The position numbers were made by a program, and so were the translations under genes. From positions 23,994,001-24,058,000 of the forward strand of contig JBNRSN020000034.1 of assembly GCA_051313645.2 (NCBI GenBank): 64,000 bases of DNA. The letters are read 5' to 3'. Positions 12,701 through 26,060 of the stretch are shown here, one piece after another. The stretch is from Centroscyllium fabricii (lineage: Eukaryota). The notes below the pieces were generated by a model. That model did not search any database and was not told where the DNA came from. It worked only from the letters and a program-made list of their open reading frames with translations. Every line of letters starts with the position of its first letter. Position 1 is the stretch's first letter.

Positions 12701-14845
12701 TTTTATGGTACATTGTGAAGATCAGTCTGTATCTATTGTACATTGTGAAGATCCGTTTGTTTGCATCGTACAGCGTGACAATCAGATTGCTCATATTGTA
12801 CATTGTGAAGATCAGAATTAATATTGTTCAGTGTGAAGATCAGAGTTTTTATATTGTACAATGTGAAGATCAGTCTTTTTATATAAAACCTTATGAAGAT
12901 CAGTCTGTTTACATTGTACATTTTGAAGATCACTCTCATTATATTGTGCATAATGAAGATCAGACTGTTTATATTGTACATTGTGAAGATCAGCCTGTTT
13001 ATATTGTACAGTGAAGGTCAGTCAGTTTATATTGTGCATTGTGAAGATGAGTCTGTTTATATTGTACATTGTGAAGATCAGACTGTTTATATTGTCCATT
13101 GTTAAGGTCAGTCTGTTTATATTGTATGTTGTAAAGTTCAGCCTGTTTACATTGCACATCATGACACTCAGATTGTTCATGATGTACATTGTGAAGATCA
13201 GCCTGTTTATGTTGTACAGTGTGAAGATCAGACTGTTAATATTGTACAGTGTGAAGATCAGTGTGTTTTTATTGTACAGGGAAGATCAGTCTGTTTATAT
13301 TGTACATTGTGAAGAGCAGAGGGTTTATATTGTACTTTGTGAAGATCAGACTGTTTATATTATAGATTGTGAAGAGCAGCCTGTTTATATTTTACATCCT
13401 GAAGATCAGTCTGTTTATATTATACATTATGAAGATCAGTCTGTTTATATTGTACATGGTGAAGATCAGTCAGTTTATATTGTACATCCTGAAGATCAGT
13501 CTGTTTATATTATAGATTGTGAAGATCTGTCTGTTTATATTATAGATTGTGAAGATCAGTCTGGTTATATTATAGATTGTGAAGATCAGTCTGTTTATAT
13601 TATAGATTGTGAAGATCAGTCTGTTTATATTGTACATTGTGAAGATCAGTCTGTTTATATTGTATATGGTGAAGATCAGACTGTTTATATTGTACACTGG
13701 GAAAATTGGTCTCTTTATATTGTACATTGTGAAGATCAGCCTGTTTATATTTTACATTGTGAAGATCAGTCTGTTTATATTGCACATTGTAAAGATCGGT
13801 CTGTTTATATTGTACATTTTGAAAATCAGTCTGTTTATATTGTACAGTGAAGATCCGTCTGATAATAGTGTTCAGTGTGAAGATCAGACTGTTTATATTG
13901 TACAGTGTGAAGATCTGTCTGTTCATATTGTACTAAGTGAAGAACAGTCTTTTTATATTGTACAGTGTGAAGATGGTTCTGTTTATAATGTATCTGGTGA
14001 ACATCAGTCTGTTTATATTGTACATTGTGAAGATCAGTCTGTTTATATTGTACATTGTGAAGATCAGCCTGTTTATATTGTACATTGTAAAGATCAGCCT
14101 GTTTATATTGTACATTGTGAAGATCAGTCTGTTTATATTGTACAGTGTGAAGATCAGTCTGCTTATATTGTACATGGTGAAGAGCAGAGGGTTTATATTG
14201 TACAGTGTGAAGACTAAACTGTTTATATTGTACATGGTGAAGATCAGTCAGTTTAGATTGTACATCCTGAAGATCAGTCTGTTTATATTATAGATTGTGA
14301 AGATCAGTCTGTTTATATTGTACATTGTGAAGATCAGTCTGTCTATATTGTAATTTGTGAAGATCAGTCTGTTTATATTGTACATTGTGAAGATCAGACT
14401 GTTTATATTGTACATTGTGAGGATCAGAATGTTAATATTGTACACTGTGAAGATCAGTCTGTTTATATTGTACACTGTGAACAACAGTCTGTTTCTATTG
14501 TACATTGTGAAGATCAGATTGTTTATATTCTACAGTGTGAAGACTAGGCTGTTTATATTAAACATGGTGAAGATCAGTCTGTTTATATTGTACATTGTGA
14601 AGAGCAAACATTTTATTTTGTACATTTTGAAGATCAGTCTGCTTATATTGTACATTGTGAAGATCTGTCTGTTTATATTGTACATTGTGAAGATCTGTGT
14701 ATATTATACAATGTGAAGATCAGAATGTTTATATTGTACATTGTGAAGATCAGAATGTTTATATTGTACAGTGTGAAGATCAGAATGTTTATATTGTGCA
14801 TTGTGAAGATCTGTCTGTTTGTATTGTACATTGTGAAGCTCAGTC

Positions 14846-15037
14846 TGTCGTAAAACACAACTTCCTAACTGACCAGGGAGTATAAATATTGGGGCCTGAG
14901 CCCCAGTTTAGACAGAGACACTCTAGAACTAGGAGGCTAGTGACTGTAAACTAGTTCTCTCTCTTTATGTTATGTTATAAGTTGAATAAAGCCTTGTTTT
15001 ATGTTCACCAAGAGCTTGGTAAGTCTTTATTACATCA
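14846..15037 (+). repeat. 5' LTR (192 bp) of the Gypsy element
   Basis: TGTCGTAAAA..TTACATCA, with TATAAA at 14881 and AATAAA at 14985. Matches the 3' LTR apart from a 73-bp indel and a few substitutions. Confidence 0.93.
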
Positions 15038-15132
15038 ATTTATTCAACTTATCATCTCCACGCTTGGGTGATTCGGAACCACCAGTTGCAACTCAACCTT
15101 AGGAAGGAATTTGGCAAGTAATTGAATCTATC

Positions 15133-16050
15133 ATGGAAAAACTCCTGAGGCCTGCTCACCTTGACCTGGAACCGAATGGACCTGCAGCAGCAAAGGTATG
15201 GAAACATTGGTTTCGTACTTTCAGCAACTTTCTTGAAGAATGTGGGGCGGATGCCTCTATTAATTCATGAATGCTTATCAACTACGTGTCCCCGCACGTG
15301 TATGATTATATTGAGGACTGTACAGACTACAACACTGGTATCCAAACTTTACAGCAGTTGTATGTCAAATCTCTGAATGAAATCTTTGCGCAACACCTAC
15401 TGGCCACAACTCGGCAGCAGCTGGGGGAATCACTCGATGAATTCCTCCAGAAACTTCATAACCACCTTAAGGCTATTATGGCTGAGAAATATCAAGAAGA
15501 ACTCATCCGCGATTCCGTTATCAATGGAATTGCGGCTCCTTTTATACGGCAGCGATTACTGGAAAATAAAACCCTCGATTTACAGGCGACCTACGACCAG
15601 GCGTGCGCTTTGGACCTAGCAAAAGAAAATGCAGACACTTACCTCCTACCGCGTGCACGGGCGGTGGCTATCACTAGGAAAGAATTCTTCGATAGGTCTC
15701 GGGTGGAAGATCACGCTGATGATGACTCTACTCTAACAGATGATGACCCTACCCCCAAGGCCTTCACTGATGCTGACCCCGCCCTAGCAGCATCCTGGCA
15801 ATCAAACAAAACGTGCTTTTTTTGTGGCAGTACATTTCATTACCGAAAATGTTGTCCGGCTCGGAATGTGACCTGCAACTATTGCAACAAAAAAGGACAT
15901 TTCTCCAAAGTATGCCAGTCGAAAGCCTCTGCTAACAAGAGAGGCCGCTCCCCTAGAGCATACCGGGTGAGAGCTTCGCCAGCTTCACAGCTGCCCTCTA
16001 CGGAACTGCTTCTCCCCAAGAAACACTACTACAGCTACAGCTGGCAATGA
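15133..16050 (+). pseudogene. gag: Gypsy gag, disrupted
   Basis: ATG 15133 MEKLLRPAHLDLEPNG..VWKHWFRTFSNF, then a stop. The frame continues as ORF 15271..16050 with zinc knuckles CFFCGSTFH..C and CNYCNKKGHFSKVC. Confidence 0.85.
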
Positions 16051-16099
16051 TAAAACTGCCCCTCCCCCATCACAGCTGTTTTTCCACAAAGTCTGTCCT

Positions 16100-18640
16100 A
16101 TGCAGCCACGAAGCTTTCGATCAATGGACACACTCTGAGCGCATTAATTGACTGCTGCAGCTCTGACAGCTTCATCAGTAAGCGGGCTGTCAGCAGGTTA
16201 AAACTGCATATTTACCCTTCAGATAGAGAGATTGCGATGGCTTTGATGACTTTGACTACCAATTGTTCTGGATTCTGTCTTGTCAACCTCATCCTCAATG
16301 GCCGCACCTATTCCTCCACCCGGCTTGGAATACTCGAGAATTTATGCAGTGATGTGCTTCTGGGGCAAGATTTCCAGAAGCAGCACAAGAGACTCAGTTT
16401 TGAGTTTGGAGGGTCGAGACCGGAGCGTACCATTTCTAAGGCGCCGTTTTGTGCACTTTCGGCGGCCTTGCTCGGCGAACCCATCTTATTTCCCAATCTC
16501 TCCCCCCGCTGTAAACACATCGCCACCAGATCACGACATCTCAGCCAGGATGATTAAGCATTTATCGGGACAGAAATTTCTCACCTCTTAGCTGAGGGGA
16601 TCATTGAACCCTGTGCGTCGCCCTGGTAGACTCAAGTCGTCATTGTGAAGAACTCTTTAAAACCGCATAAGAAATGTCTATGTATCGACTATTCACAAGC
16701 TATCAACCAATATACCGATCTGGATGCCTACCCGCTCTCACGCATAGATGATATGGTCAACAACCTTGCCAAATATAAGGTATTTTCAACTTTTGATTTA
16801 AAAAGCGTGTACCATATGGTGCCACTGAAAGATTCAGACAAGAGGTATATGGCCTTTGAGGCTAATGGTCGGCTTTATCAGTTTTGTCGCCTTCCATTTG
16901 GGGTAACCAATGGGGTAGCTGTCTTTCAACGAGCCATGGATGGCTTGATCAGGCAAGAGAACTTGACGAATACTTTTCCGTATTTGGACAATATCACTAT
17001 TACCGGCCATGATCAGAAGGAACACGACACCAACCTGCGACACTTTTTTGATGTTCTCCGTCGTCGCCACTTAACGTTGAACGACTATAAATCAGTGAAA
17101 TCGGTACCGTCAGTTAATATTCTTGGCTACTTGGTGGGCAACGGTGTCATTAAACAAGACCCAGAGCGACTTCATCCACTTCAGGAGCTTCCTCCTCCTG
17201 AAAATCTTGGCGCTCTTCGTCTGGCACTTGGCATGTTTCCTTATTACGCAAAGTGGATACCTCACTTCTCTGATAAAATACAGCCCCTGCTTCATGCGAA
17301 GTCTTTTCCATTAGACGCAATGGCTCTTTCAGCCTTTGACCTCAAACGGCTGCTGGAGAAAGCCATGCTTCGCTCCATCGACGAGAACCTTCCCTTTGTG
17401 GTCGAGTGTGACGCATCAGAGGTAGCGATCTCGGCTACCCTGAATCAAGGTGGGCGACCTGTGGCATTCCTATCCAGAACTTTGCAGGGTAGTGAGCTCC
17501 ATTATCCCCCTGTCGAGAAGGAGGCCACAGCCATCATCGAAGCTGTGCGCCAATGGAGTCATTTTCTTGCTCGGCGTCATTTTACACTCATAACCGATCA
17601 GCGTTTCATAGCCTTCATGCTGGATAACCGGAAACGCACCAAAATCAAAAATAATAAAATTCAACTTTGGCGAATGGAGTTGGCTGCCTTTGGTTATACT
17701 ATCCGTTACCGACCTGGCAAACAGAATGTGGGCCCCGATACCTTCACACGGGAATTCTGCTCTTCAATGTCATCATTAACCCTGGCGGATCTCCATATGG
17801 ACTTATGCCATCTGGGCGTAACTCGCATGCTGCATTTTGTGCGATCCAAAAATCTACCATTCTCCACGGACGATGTCAGAAAAGCTTGCTCCTCCTGCAG
17901 GACTTGTGCGGAATTGAAACCACAATTGTTCCGCCCATCAGACGGCGTACTCATACGCGCTATGCAGCCCATGCAGCGACTTAGCATAGACCTTCAAGGG
18001 CCATTGCCCTCTTCTACACGGAATACCTACCTCCCTACGATGGTAAATGAGTATTCACGCTTTCCCTTTGCCTTCCCCTGCCCTAATATGCTTACCTCTA
18101 TGGTTATCAAATGCCTCAATCATGTCTTTTCTCTTTGTGGTACAACTAATTTCATCCATTCAGATCGAGGTCCCTCCTTTATGTCTGGTGAACTTCAAAA
18201 CTATCTCTCCCAACAAGGAATCGCCATGAGTAAGACAATACCATATCACCCAATTGGCAATGGGCAGGTCGAGCGGTATAACGGCATCATCTGGCACTGC
18301 GTTCATGCAACTTACCCGACCAGCAATGGGAAACTGTGCTCCCGATGTATTACACTCTATTAGGTCGCTCCTTTCTACGGCTATGAATGTCACGCCTCAC
18401 GAGCGATTCTTTAACTTTCGACGTCGCTCCACACATGGGACATCTCGACCATCATGGTTGGTGGCCCCAGGCCCCGTGCTACTCCGGAGATTCGTCCGAT
18501 TGGCCAAGAATGACCCTCTCGTGGATGAGGTGGAGCTAACGGAGGTAAACCCCACATATGCACACGTGCGGTACCCTGATGGTCGGGAGTCCACCGTCTC
18601 ACTCAGGGATCTGGCTCCCTGCCCAACTGGCCACATGGGT
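16100..18640 (+). pseudogene. pol: Gypsy pol (protease-RT-RNase H-integrase) with stops and frameshifts
   Basis: Protease-like ALIDCCSSDSFIS at ~16141. ORF 16645..18363 has RT (LPFGVTNG, YLDN), RNase H (VECDAS..EKEA..TDQ) and integrase (H..H..C..C, HSDRG, GNGQVERYN). The integrase C-terminus is in ORF 18254..18898. Confidence 0.9.
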
Positions 18641-19066
18641 CAAATTGAAGAGGGATTCCACGATAATAATACTCTACCCCCTTACGAAGATGACGCACAA
18701 CCTGGGACATCGAGGGATCTGCCGGTAATGACTCAGGATGAGCCCTGCTCGGCCACAGTGGGAACCCGCACCTGGAGTCACGATATTCCGCGTCCTCCAC
18801 CAGATGATCAAGACGACAGACTCTACCGGCCCACCAGTACGGGCCAAGTGACCCAGGTGTCACGACATTCCCCATCCTCCACCGGACGATCAAGATAACA
18901 CAGACTCTACCGGCCCACCGGTGCAGGCCAAGGGACGCAGGGATCAGGACACGGTCCGGGGTGACGTGCATTCTAGTCACAAGTGGAGAGCAAAACGACT
19001 ACGGCTGTTTTTGGTCCACTTGGTCTGCTAAAGGAGGACTAGCCTCCCAAACCTAGGGAGGAAGAA

Positions 19067-19331
19067 TGTTGTAAAACACGACTTCCTAAATAACCTAGGA
19101 GGAGTTACTGGTCGGACTTCCAAACAACCTAGGAACAGTTACTGGTTGGCCAGCTGAGGGCACCGACCAGGGAGTATAAATACTGGGGCCTGAGCCCCAG
19201 TTTAGACAGAGACACTCTAGAACTAGGAGGCTAGTGACTGTAAACTAGTTCTCTCTCTTTATGTTATGTTATAAATTGAATAAAGCCTTGCTTTATGTTC
19301 ACAAAGAGCTTGGTAAGTATTTATTACATCA
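19067..19331 (+). repeat. 3' LTR (265 bp) of the Gypsy element
   Basis: TGTTGTAAAA..TTACATCA, directly after the PPT and followed by TSD CAGTC. Confidence 0.93.
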
Positions 19332-20936
19332 CAGTCTGTTTATATTGTACATTGTGAAATCAGACTGTTTATATTGTACATTGAGAAGATAAGTCTGTTT
19401 ATATTTTACATTGTGAAGATCAGTCTGTTTATATTGCACGTTGTGAAGATCAGTCTGTTTATATTGTACATTGTGAAGATCAGAATGTTTATATTGTACA
19501 TTGTGAAGATCAGGTTGTTTATATTGTACAGTGTAAAGGTCAAATGTTTATAATTTACAGTGTGAAGTTCAGACTGTTTATATTGCACATTGTGAAGATG
19601 ACCCTGTTTATATTGAACAGTGTCCAAATCAGTCTGTTTATATTGTATATATTGTGAAGATCAGACTGTTCATATTGTACCATATGAAGATCAGTTTGTT
19701 TATATTGTAAATATCGAAGATCAGTCTGTTTATACTTTACATTGTGATGATCAGTCTGTTTATATTGTACATTGTGAATATCAGTGGGTTTATATTGTAC
19801 AGTGTGAAGATCAGTAATGTTTATACAGGTATTGTACATTGTGCAGATCTGCTTATATTGTACAATGTGAAGTTCAGACTGTTTATATTGTGCCGTGTGA
19901 AAATCAGGCTCATTATATTATACATTGTGAAGATCAGCATGTTTATATTGTACATTGTGAAGATCAGACTTTTTATACTGTACATTGTGAAGATCAATCG
20001 GTTTATATTGTACATTGTCAAGATCAGTGTTTATATTGTACATTGTGAAGATCAGTTTGTTTATATTGTACACTATAAAGATCAGTCTGTTTATATTGTA
20101 CACTATGAAGATCAGTCTGTTTATATTGTACACTATGAAGATCAGTCTGTTTATATTGTACACTATGAAGATCAGTCTGTTTCTATTGTACACTATGAAG
20201 ATCAGTCTGTTTATATTGTACCTTGTCAAGATCAGAGTGTCAATAATGTACCTTTTGAAGATCAGACTGTTTATATTGCACATTGTGAAGATCAGTCTGT
20301 TTATATAGTACATTGTGAAGGTCAGTCTGTTTATATTGTACCTTGTAAAGATCAGTGTGTTTATATTCTACAGTGTGAAGATCAGTCTGTTTATATTGAA
20401 CATGGTGAAGATCAATCTGTTTATATTGTACATTGTGAAGAACAACCTGTTTATATTGTACATTGTCAAGATCAGTGTTTATATTGTACATTGTGAAGAT
20501 CTGTTTATATTGTACATTGTGAAGATCAGACTGTTTGTATTGTACATTGAGAAGATCTGTCTGTTAATATTTTACATTGTGAAGATCAGTTTGTTTGTAT
20601 TGTACATTGTGAAGATCAGTCTGTTTATATTGGACATTGTGAAGATCAGTCTGTTTATATTGTACATTGTCAAGATCAGAGTGTTTATAATGTACATTTT
20701 GAAGATCAGTCTGTTTATATTGTACATTGTGAAGATCTGTTTATATTGTACATTGTGAAGATCAGAGTGTTTATAATGTACATTTTGAAGATCAGACTGT
20801 TTGTATTGTACATTGTCAAGATCAGAGTGTTTATAATGTACATTTTGAAGATCAGACTGTTTGTATTGTACATTGTCAAGATCAGAGTGTTTATAATGTA
20901 CATTTTGAAGATCAGACTCTTTATATTGTACATTGG

Positions 20937-21219
20937 TGATGTACGATCAATTATACTCAAGACGAAGTTAAGAATACAACTGAGGCTTTTATTAACTAAG
21001 AACTGGAGTACAGGTCTTATCTTGTTACTAACCGACCCTGGAATGCCACGAGGTCAGCAGGGCTGTGACCTTTATATGGCAGCCTGTGGGTGGAGCCCAG
21101 AGGCGGAGCCGGCTGAGGCATCCCAGGTAGGCAAGAGGCAACCACAAGAGGCAACTATATACAATGCAGTGTTACAGTACAGATAACTATATACATTGGT
21201 GGTAAACCGTATTACCACA
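20937..21219 (-). mobile_element. Solo LTR (283 bp) of a second LTR family
   Basis: TG..CA ends. TSD ATTGG at 20932-20936 and 21220-21224. AATAAA lies on the minus strand near its 3' end, which ends TACATCA. A paralogous satellite monomer at 26038-26060 has a single ATTGG (empty site). Confidence 0.85.
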
Positions 21220-22660
21220 ATTGGGAAGATCCGTCTGTTTATATTACACATTGTGAAGATCAGTCTGATTATATTGTACATTGTGAAGATCAGAGTGTTC
21301 ATAATGTACTTTTTGAAGATCAGACTGTTTATATTGAACATTGTGAAGATCAGAGTGTTCATAATGTACTTTTTGAAGATCAGACTATTTATATTGCACA
21401 TTGTGTAGATCAGTCTGTTGATATTGTACAATGTGAAGATCAGAGTGTTTATATTGTACATTGTGAAGATCAGTTTGTTTATATTGTATATATTGAAGAT
21501 CAGTCTGTTTATACTGTACATTGTGAAGATCAATCGGTCTTTATTGTACATTGTGAAGATCATTGAGTTTATATTGTACAGTGTGAAGACCAGTCTGTTT
21601 ATATTGTACAGTGTGAAGATCAGTCAGTTTATATTGTACATTGTGAAGATCATTGTGTTTACATTGTACATTGTGAAGATCAGTCTGTTATTATTGTACA
21701 CGATGAAGATCAGACTGTTTATATTGTGCCGTGTGAAAATCAGGCTCGTTATATTACACAGTGAAGATCAGCATGTTTATATTGTACATTGTGAAGATCA
21801 GACTTTTTATACTGTACATTGTGAAGATCAATCAGTTTATATTGTACATTGTGAAGATCTGTCTCTTTATATTGTACTTTGCAATGATCAGTCTGTTTAT
21901 ATTGTACATTGTGAATATCAGTGAGTTTATATTGTACCATGCGAAGATCAGTCTATTTATAATGTACCTTTTGAAGATCAGAGTGTTTATATTACACATT
22001 GTAAAGATCAGTCTATTTTTTTTGTACATTGTGAAGATCAGTCTGTTTATATTGTACCTTGTGAAGATCAGAGTGTTTATATTGTACAGTGCGAAGATCA
22101 GTCTGTTTATATAGAACATGGTGAAGATCAATCTGTTTATATTGTACATTGTGAAGAACAACCTGTTTATATTGTACAGTCAAGATCAGTCTGTTTGTAT
22201 TGTATGTTGTGAAGATCTGTTTACATTGTGCATTGTGAAGATCTGTTTACATTGTACATTGTGAAGATCAGACTGTTTGTATTGTACATTGAGAAGATCC
22301 CTCTGTTTATATTTTACATTGTGAAGATCAGTCGGTTTATATTGTACTTTGTGAAGATCAGAGTGTTTATATTCTAGTGTGAAGATCAGTCTGTTTATAT
22401 TGAACATGGTGAAGATCAATCTGTTTATATTGTACATTGTGAAGAACTACCTGTTTATATTGTACAGTCAAGATCAGTCTGTTTGTATTGTATGTTGTGA
22501 AGATCTGTTTACATTGTGCATTGTGAAGATCTGTTTACATTGTACATTGTGAAGATCAGACTGTTTGTATTGTACATTGAGAAGATCCCTCTGTTTATAT
22601 TTTACATTGTGAAGATCAGTCTGTTTATATTGTACATTGTGAAGATCTGTTTATATTGTA

Positions 22661-25600
22661 CAAGATTCAAGATTCAAGATAATTTTATTGCCATGTGTAA
22701 CTCGTACAATTGAATGCTTACTCCCCATTCACTCCCACAATTATAATCAAAAAGTAAAAAGTGAAAAAAAAACAAGTATAAATATAGAAAAAAAAATAAT
22801 CAAATAAACAAATAAGTAACGAGTGCAGTTAGCAGTTCAGTAGGCGCACTGCCTGTGGGTAGAAACTGTTTTTGAACCTGCTGGTCCTGGTTCGGATGCT
22901 GCAGTACTGACGGCCGGACCGCAGGAGGGAGAACAGATCGTGCCCAGGGTGATTGGGGTCCTTGATGATGGAGCGGGTCTTGTTCCGACATCTGGTCTGG
23001 AAGATCTCCTCGATGGATGGAAGTGCACACCCGATAATTTTTTCTGCCGTCCTCACGACCCTCTGAATGGCTTTCCTGTCCTGAGCAGTGGTGTTGCCAT
23101 ACCACACAGTGACGCCACCCGACAAGACGCTCTCTATGGTGCCGCGGTAAAAGTTCACCAGCCATTGTGTGCTTATGCCGTATTTCCTCAGGCACCGTAG
23201 AGGGTAGAGGTGCTGGTGTGCCTTCTTCAGCATTGCCTCGGTGTTATAGTTCCAGGTCAGATTGTCAGAGATCTGCAGACCTAGGAATCGGAAGCAGCTG
23301 ACTATTTCTACCAGTGTCCCACCTATGATAATTGGTCGGTGGTTCTCTTGATGGCATCTGAAGTCCACAATGAGTTCCTTAGTCTTGCTGACATTCAGGG
23401 CAAGGTTGTTATCATTACACCATCTCATCAGCTGAACTATCTCATCCCTGTACTCCGTCTCATCCTCGTTGCTAATCAGGGCAATTACCGTGGTGTCATC
23501 GGCAAACTTTATTATCCGGTTGTTGCTGTGTCGGGCTGTACAATCGTTTGTAAACAGAGAGTACAACCGAGGACTGAGGCAGCAGCCTTGTGGGGCTCCG
23601 GTATTGAGGACCAGTGTGGATGAGGTGTTGTTCCCTATTTTCACCACTTGAGGCCTACCAGTCAGGAAGTCCAGAATCCAGTTGCAGATGGGGTGCCCAG
23701 ACCTAGGACCTTCAGTTTCAGGATTAGCTTGGAGGGAACAATGGTGTTAAATGCAGAGCTGTAGTCAATGAACAACATTCTGACATAGGTCTCCCTTCTA
23801 TCTAGGTGTTCTAGGACAGTGTGCAGTGTTTGGGAGATGGCATTGTCCACAGACCTGTTCGCCCTGTATGCGAACTGGAACGGATCCAAGGAATCGGGGA
23901 TGATGCTGTTTATGTGTGTCATGACCAGCTTTTCCAGGCACTTCATAGCTATGGATGTTAGAGCTACCGGTCGATAGTCATTGAGACCTGTTACCTTGGT
24001 CTTCTTTGGTAACGGCACAATGGTTGTCTCCTTGAAGCACACTGGCACGACAGACTGCTGCAGTGAGATGTTAAAGATGTCTGTGAACACAGGAGCCAAC
24101 TGGTCTGCACATGTCTTGAAGACGCGGGGTGGAACTCCGTCTGGACCGGCTGCCTTTCGTGCCTTCACCCTCCTGAAGGTTTTCCAGACCTCGGACTCAG
24201 TCACTTGTAGTATGTAGTCCTCTGGGTGACTAGGGGTTTTTATGGCCTGCTCAGTGTTATCCCTATCAAAGCGAGCATAGAAGGTGTTCAGCTCATCTGG
24301 TAGGGAGGGATCAGTGTTGGTGACACCCGCTGATCTTTCCTTGCAGTTGGTGATGGCCCTCAGTCCCTGCCACATGCGTCTGGCATCGGAACCCCCGCCG
24401 TACAGGGACTCCAGTTTATCCCTGAAGTCTCTTTTTGCTGTTTTCATCGCCCTTATAAGGTCATACTTGGCCTTCTTGTAGACTTAGCTCTCCCCTGATT
24501 TAAAAGCGGAACATCGTTCTCTCAGTTTGTTACAGATGTTTGAATTCATCCACGGTTTACGGTTGGGAAATGAACGGTCAGTCTTGGTAGGAATGCATTC
24601 ATCTACCACTTTGTTGATGTATCCATTGACGTGGTCTGCATACACATCTAGGTCTGGGTTCTTGTAGACACTCCAGTCCATTATTTCCAGCCCGCCCTGC
24701 AGTTTAAGTTCATTGTCCACTGTCCAGATTCTTACTGTTTTCATTGTTATAGGTGTGTTTTTTAACTTCTGTTTATAAACAGGAAGTAGGAGCACAGAGG
24801 CGTGGTCTGACTTGCCGAAGCCCGGCCGAGCAATGGCACGGAAGGCGTGTTGAATTGTAGTATAACACTGATCCAGAGTTTTTCCATTTCTTGTTGGACA
24901 GAAGATGTTTTGGAAGTATTTCGGCATAACTTTCTTTAGGTTGCAGTGATTAAAGTCTCCTGCAATGATGGAAACTGCCTCGGGATACCGGTTCTGAACT
25001 TTACTGATCTCACTGTAAAGTTCACTCAATGCAGTGTTTTCATCGGCTCGTGGTTGGATGTAAAGAGCAGACATAAGAATAGCAGAGATTTCCCTCGGTA
25101 GATAAAAAGGGCGACACTTGATTGTTAGTAGTTCCAAATTGGCTGTACAGTGCTGTGAAAGTACCTGGACATCTGTACACCATTTGTTATTGATCAGGCA
25201 GCAGACACCACCGCCTCTGTTCTTCCCCGTAGAGTCAGATGTTCTGTCGGTCCTAAACAAAACAAATCCCTGGGGCTGCACCTCATCATCAGGTATCATG
25301 GAGGTTAACCACGACTCTGTTAGAATCATTGCACAGCACTCCCTAATGACGCGCTGTGAGGCGATGCGGCAGTTCAGCTCGTCAATCTTGTTAACCAGAG
25401 ATTGAACATTTGCAAGGAGAATGCTGGGCAAGGCTGGTTTCCAACCCCGTCGGTGCAATCTAACTAGCAGGCCTGCCCATGACCCCCGCCTGTGGGCTCG
25501 TTTGCACCTACTTCCGTGAGCCTGATGGGTCTGGTCAAGGGGTGGGCTCATCTGCCCCCACTGCACTCTATTGACTCTCAGTACCTCCACAGGTAAGTCC

Positions 25601-25800
25601 TTTGTTAACCTGCTTGTTGTAATCTCTGTATTTACATAAAAATCAGCTGAGATGTTCCGTAAGTCCAAGAGTGATTGGCGACTATATATAACGACTTTCA
25701 CGCTCAGGCCAGACATGATAATTAGTTAGTTAGTTAATAAATAAATAAATAAATAATAAATAAATAGATAGAGCTTTAAATATTACAATAAAAAATAATA
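22661..25800 (-). mobile_element. Near full-length Rex1/Babar non-LTR retrotransposon (APE endonuclease + RT)
   Basis: Minus ORFs 24484..25716 (PSILLANVQSLVNKIDEL, LTESWL, GGGVC, AGDFNH, SDH = APE), 23662..24447 and 22829..23647 (RT, KFADD). They are separated only by one in-frame TAA (24484-24486) and one frameshift (~23690). (TCTTGAA)n tail at 22661-22680. Confidence 0.92.
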
Positions 25801-26060
25801 CAGAAGATAAGTCTGTTTATACTGTACATTGTGAAGATCAGAGTGTTTATAATGTACATTGTGAAGATCAGTTTGTTTATATTGTACACTGTGAAGATCA
25901 GTCTGTTTATATTGTACATTGTCAAGATCAGAGTGTTTAAAATGTACATTTTGAAGATCAGACTGTTTATATTGTACATTGTCAAGATCAGAGTGTTTAA
26001 AATGTACATTTTGAAGATCAGACTGTTTATATTGAACATTGGGAAGATCCGTCTGTTTAT

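Larger units (their letters stand above)
14846..19331 (+). mobile_element. Full-length, decayed Ty3/Gypsy LTR retrotransposon
   Basis: TG..CA LTRs at 14846-15037 and 19067-19331. 5-bp TSD CAGTC at 14841-14845 and 19332-19336. PPT AGGGAGGAAGAA at 19055-19066. Domain order gag, protease, RT, RNase H, integrase. Confidence 0.95.

Noticed and set aside
22655-25810. TSD for the full-length Rex1 element
   Set aside because: Only TACA is shared between the flanks, which is too short to distinguish from chance in this satellite.
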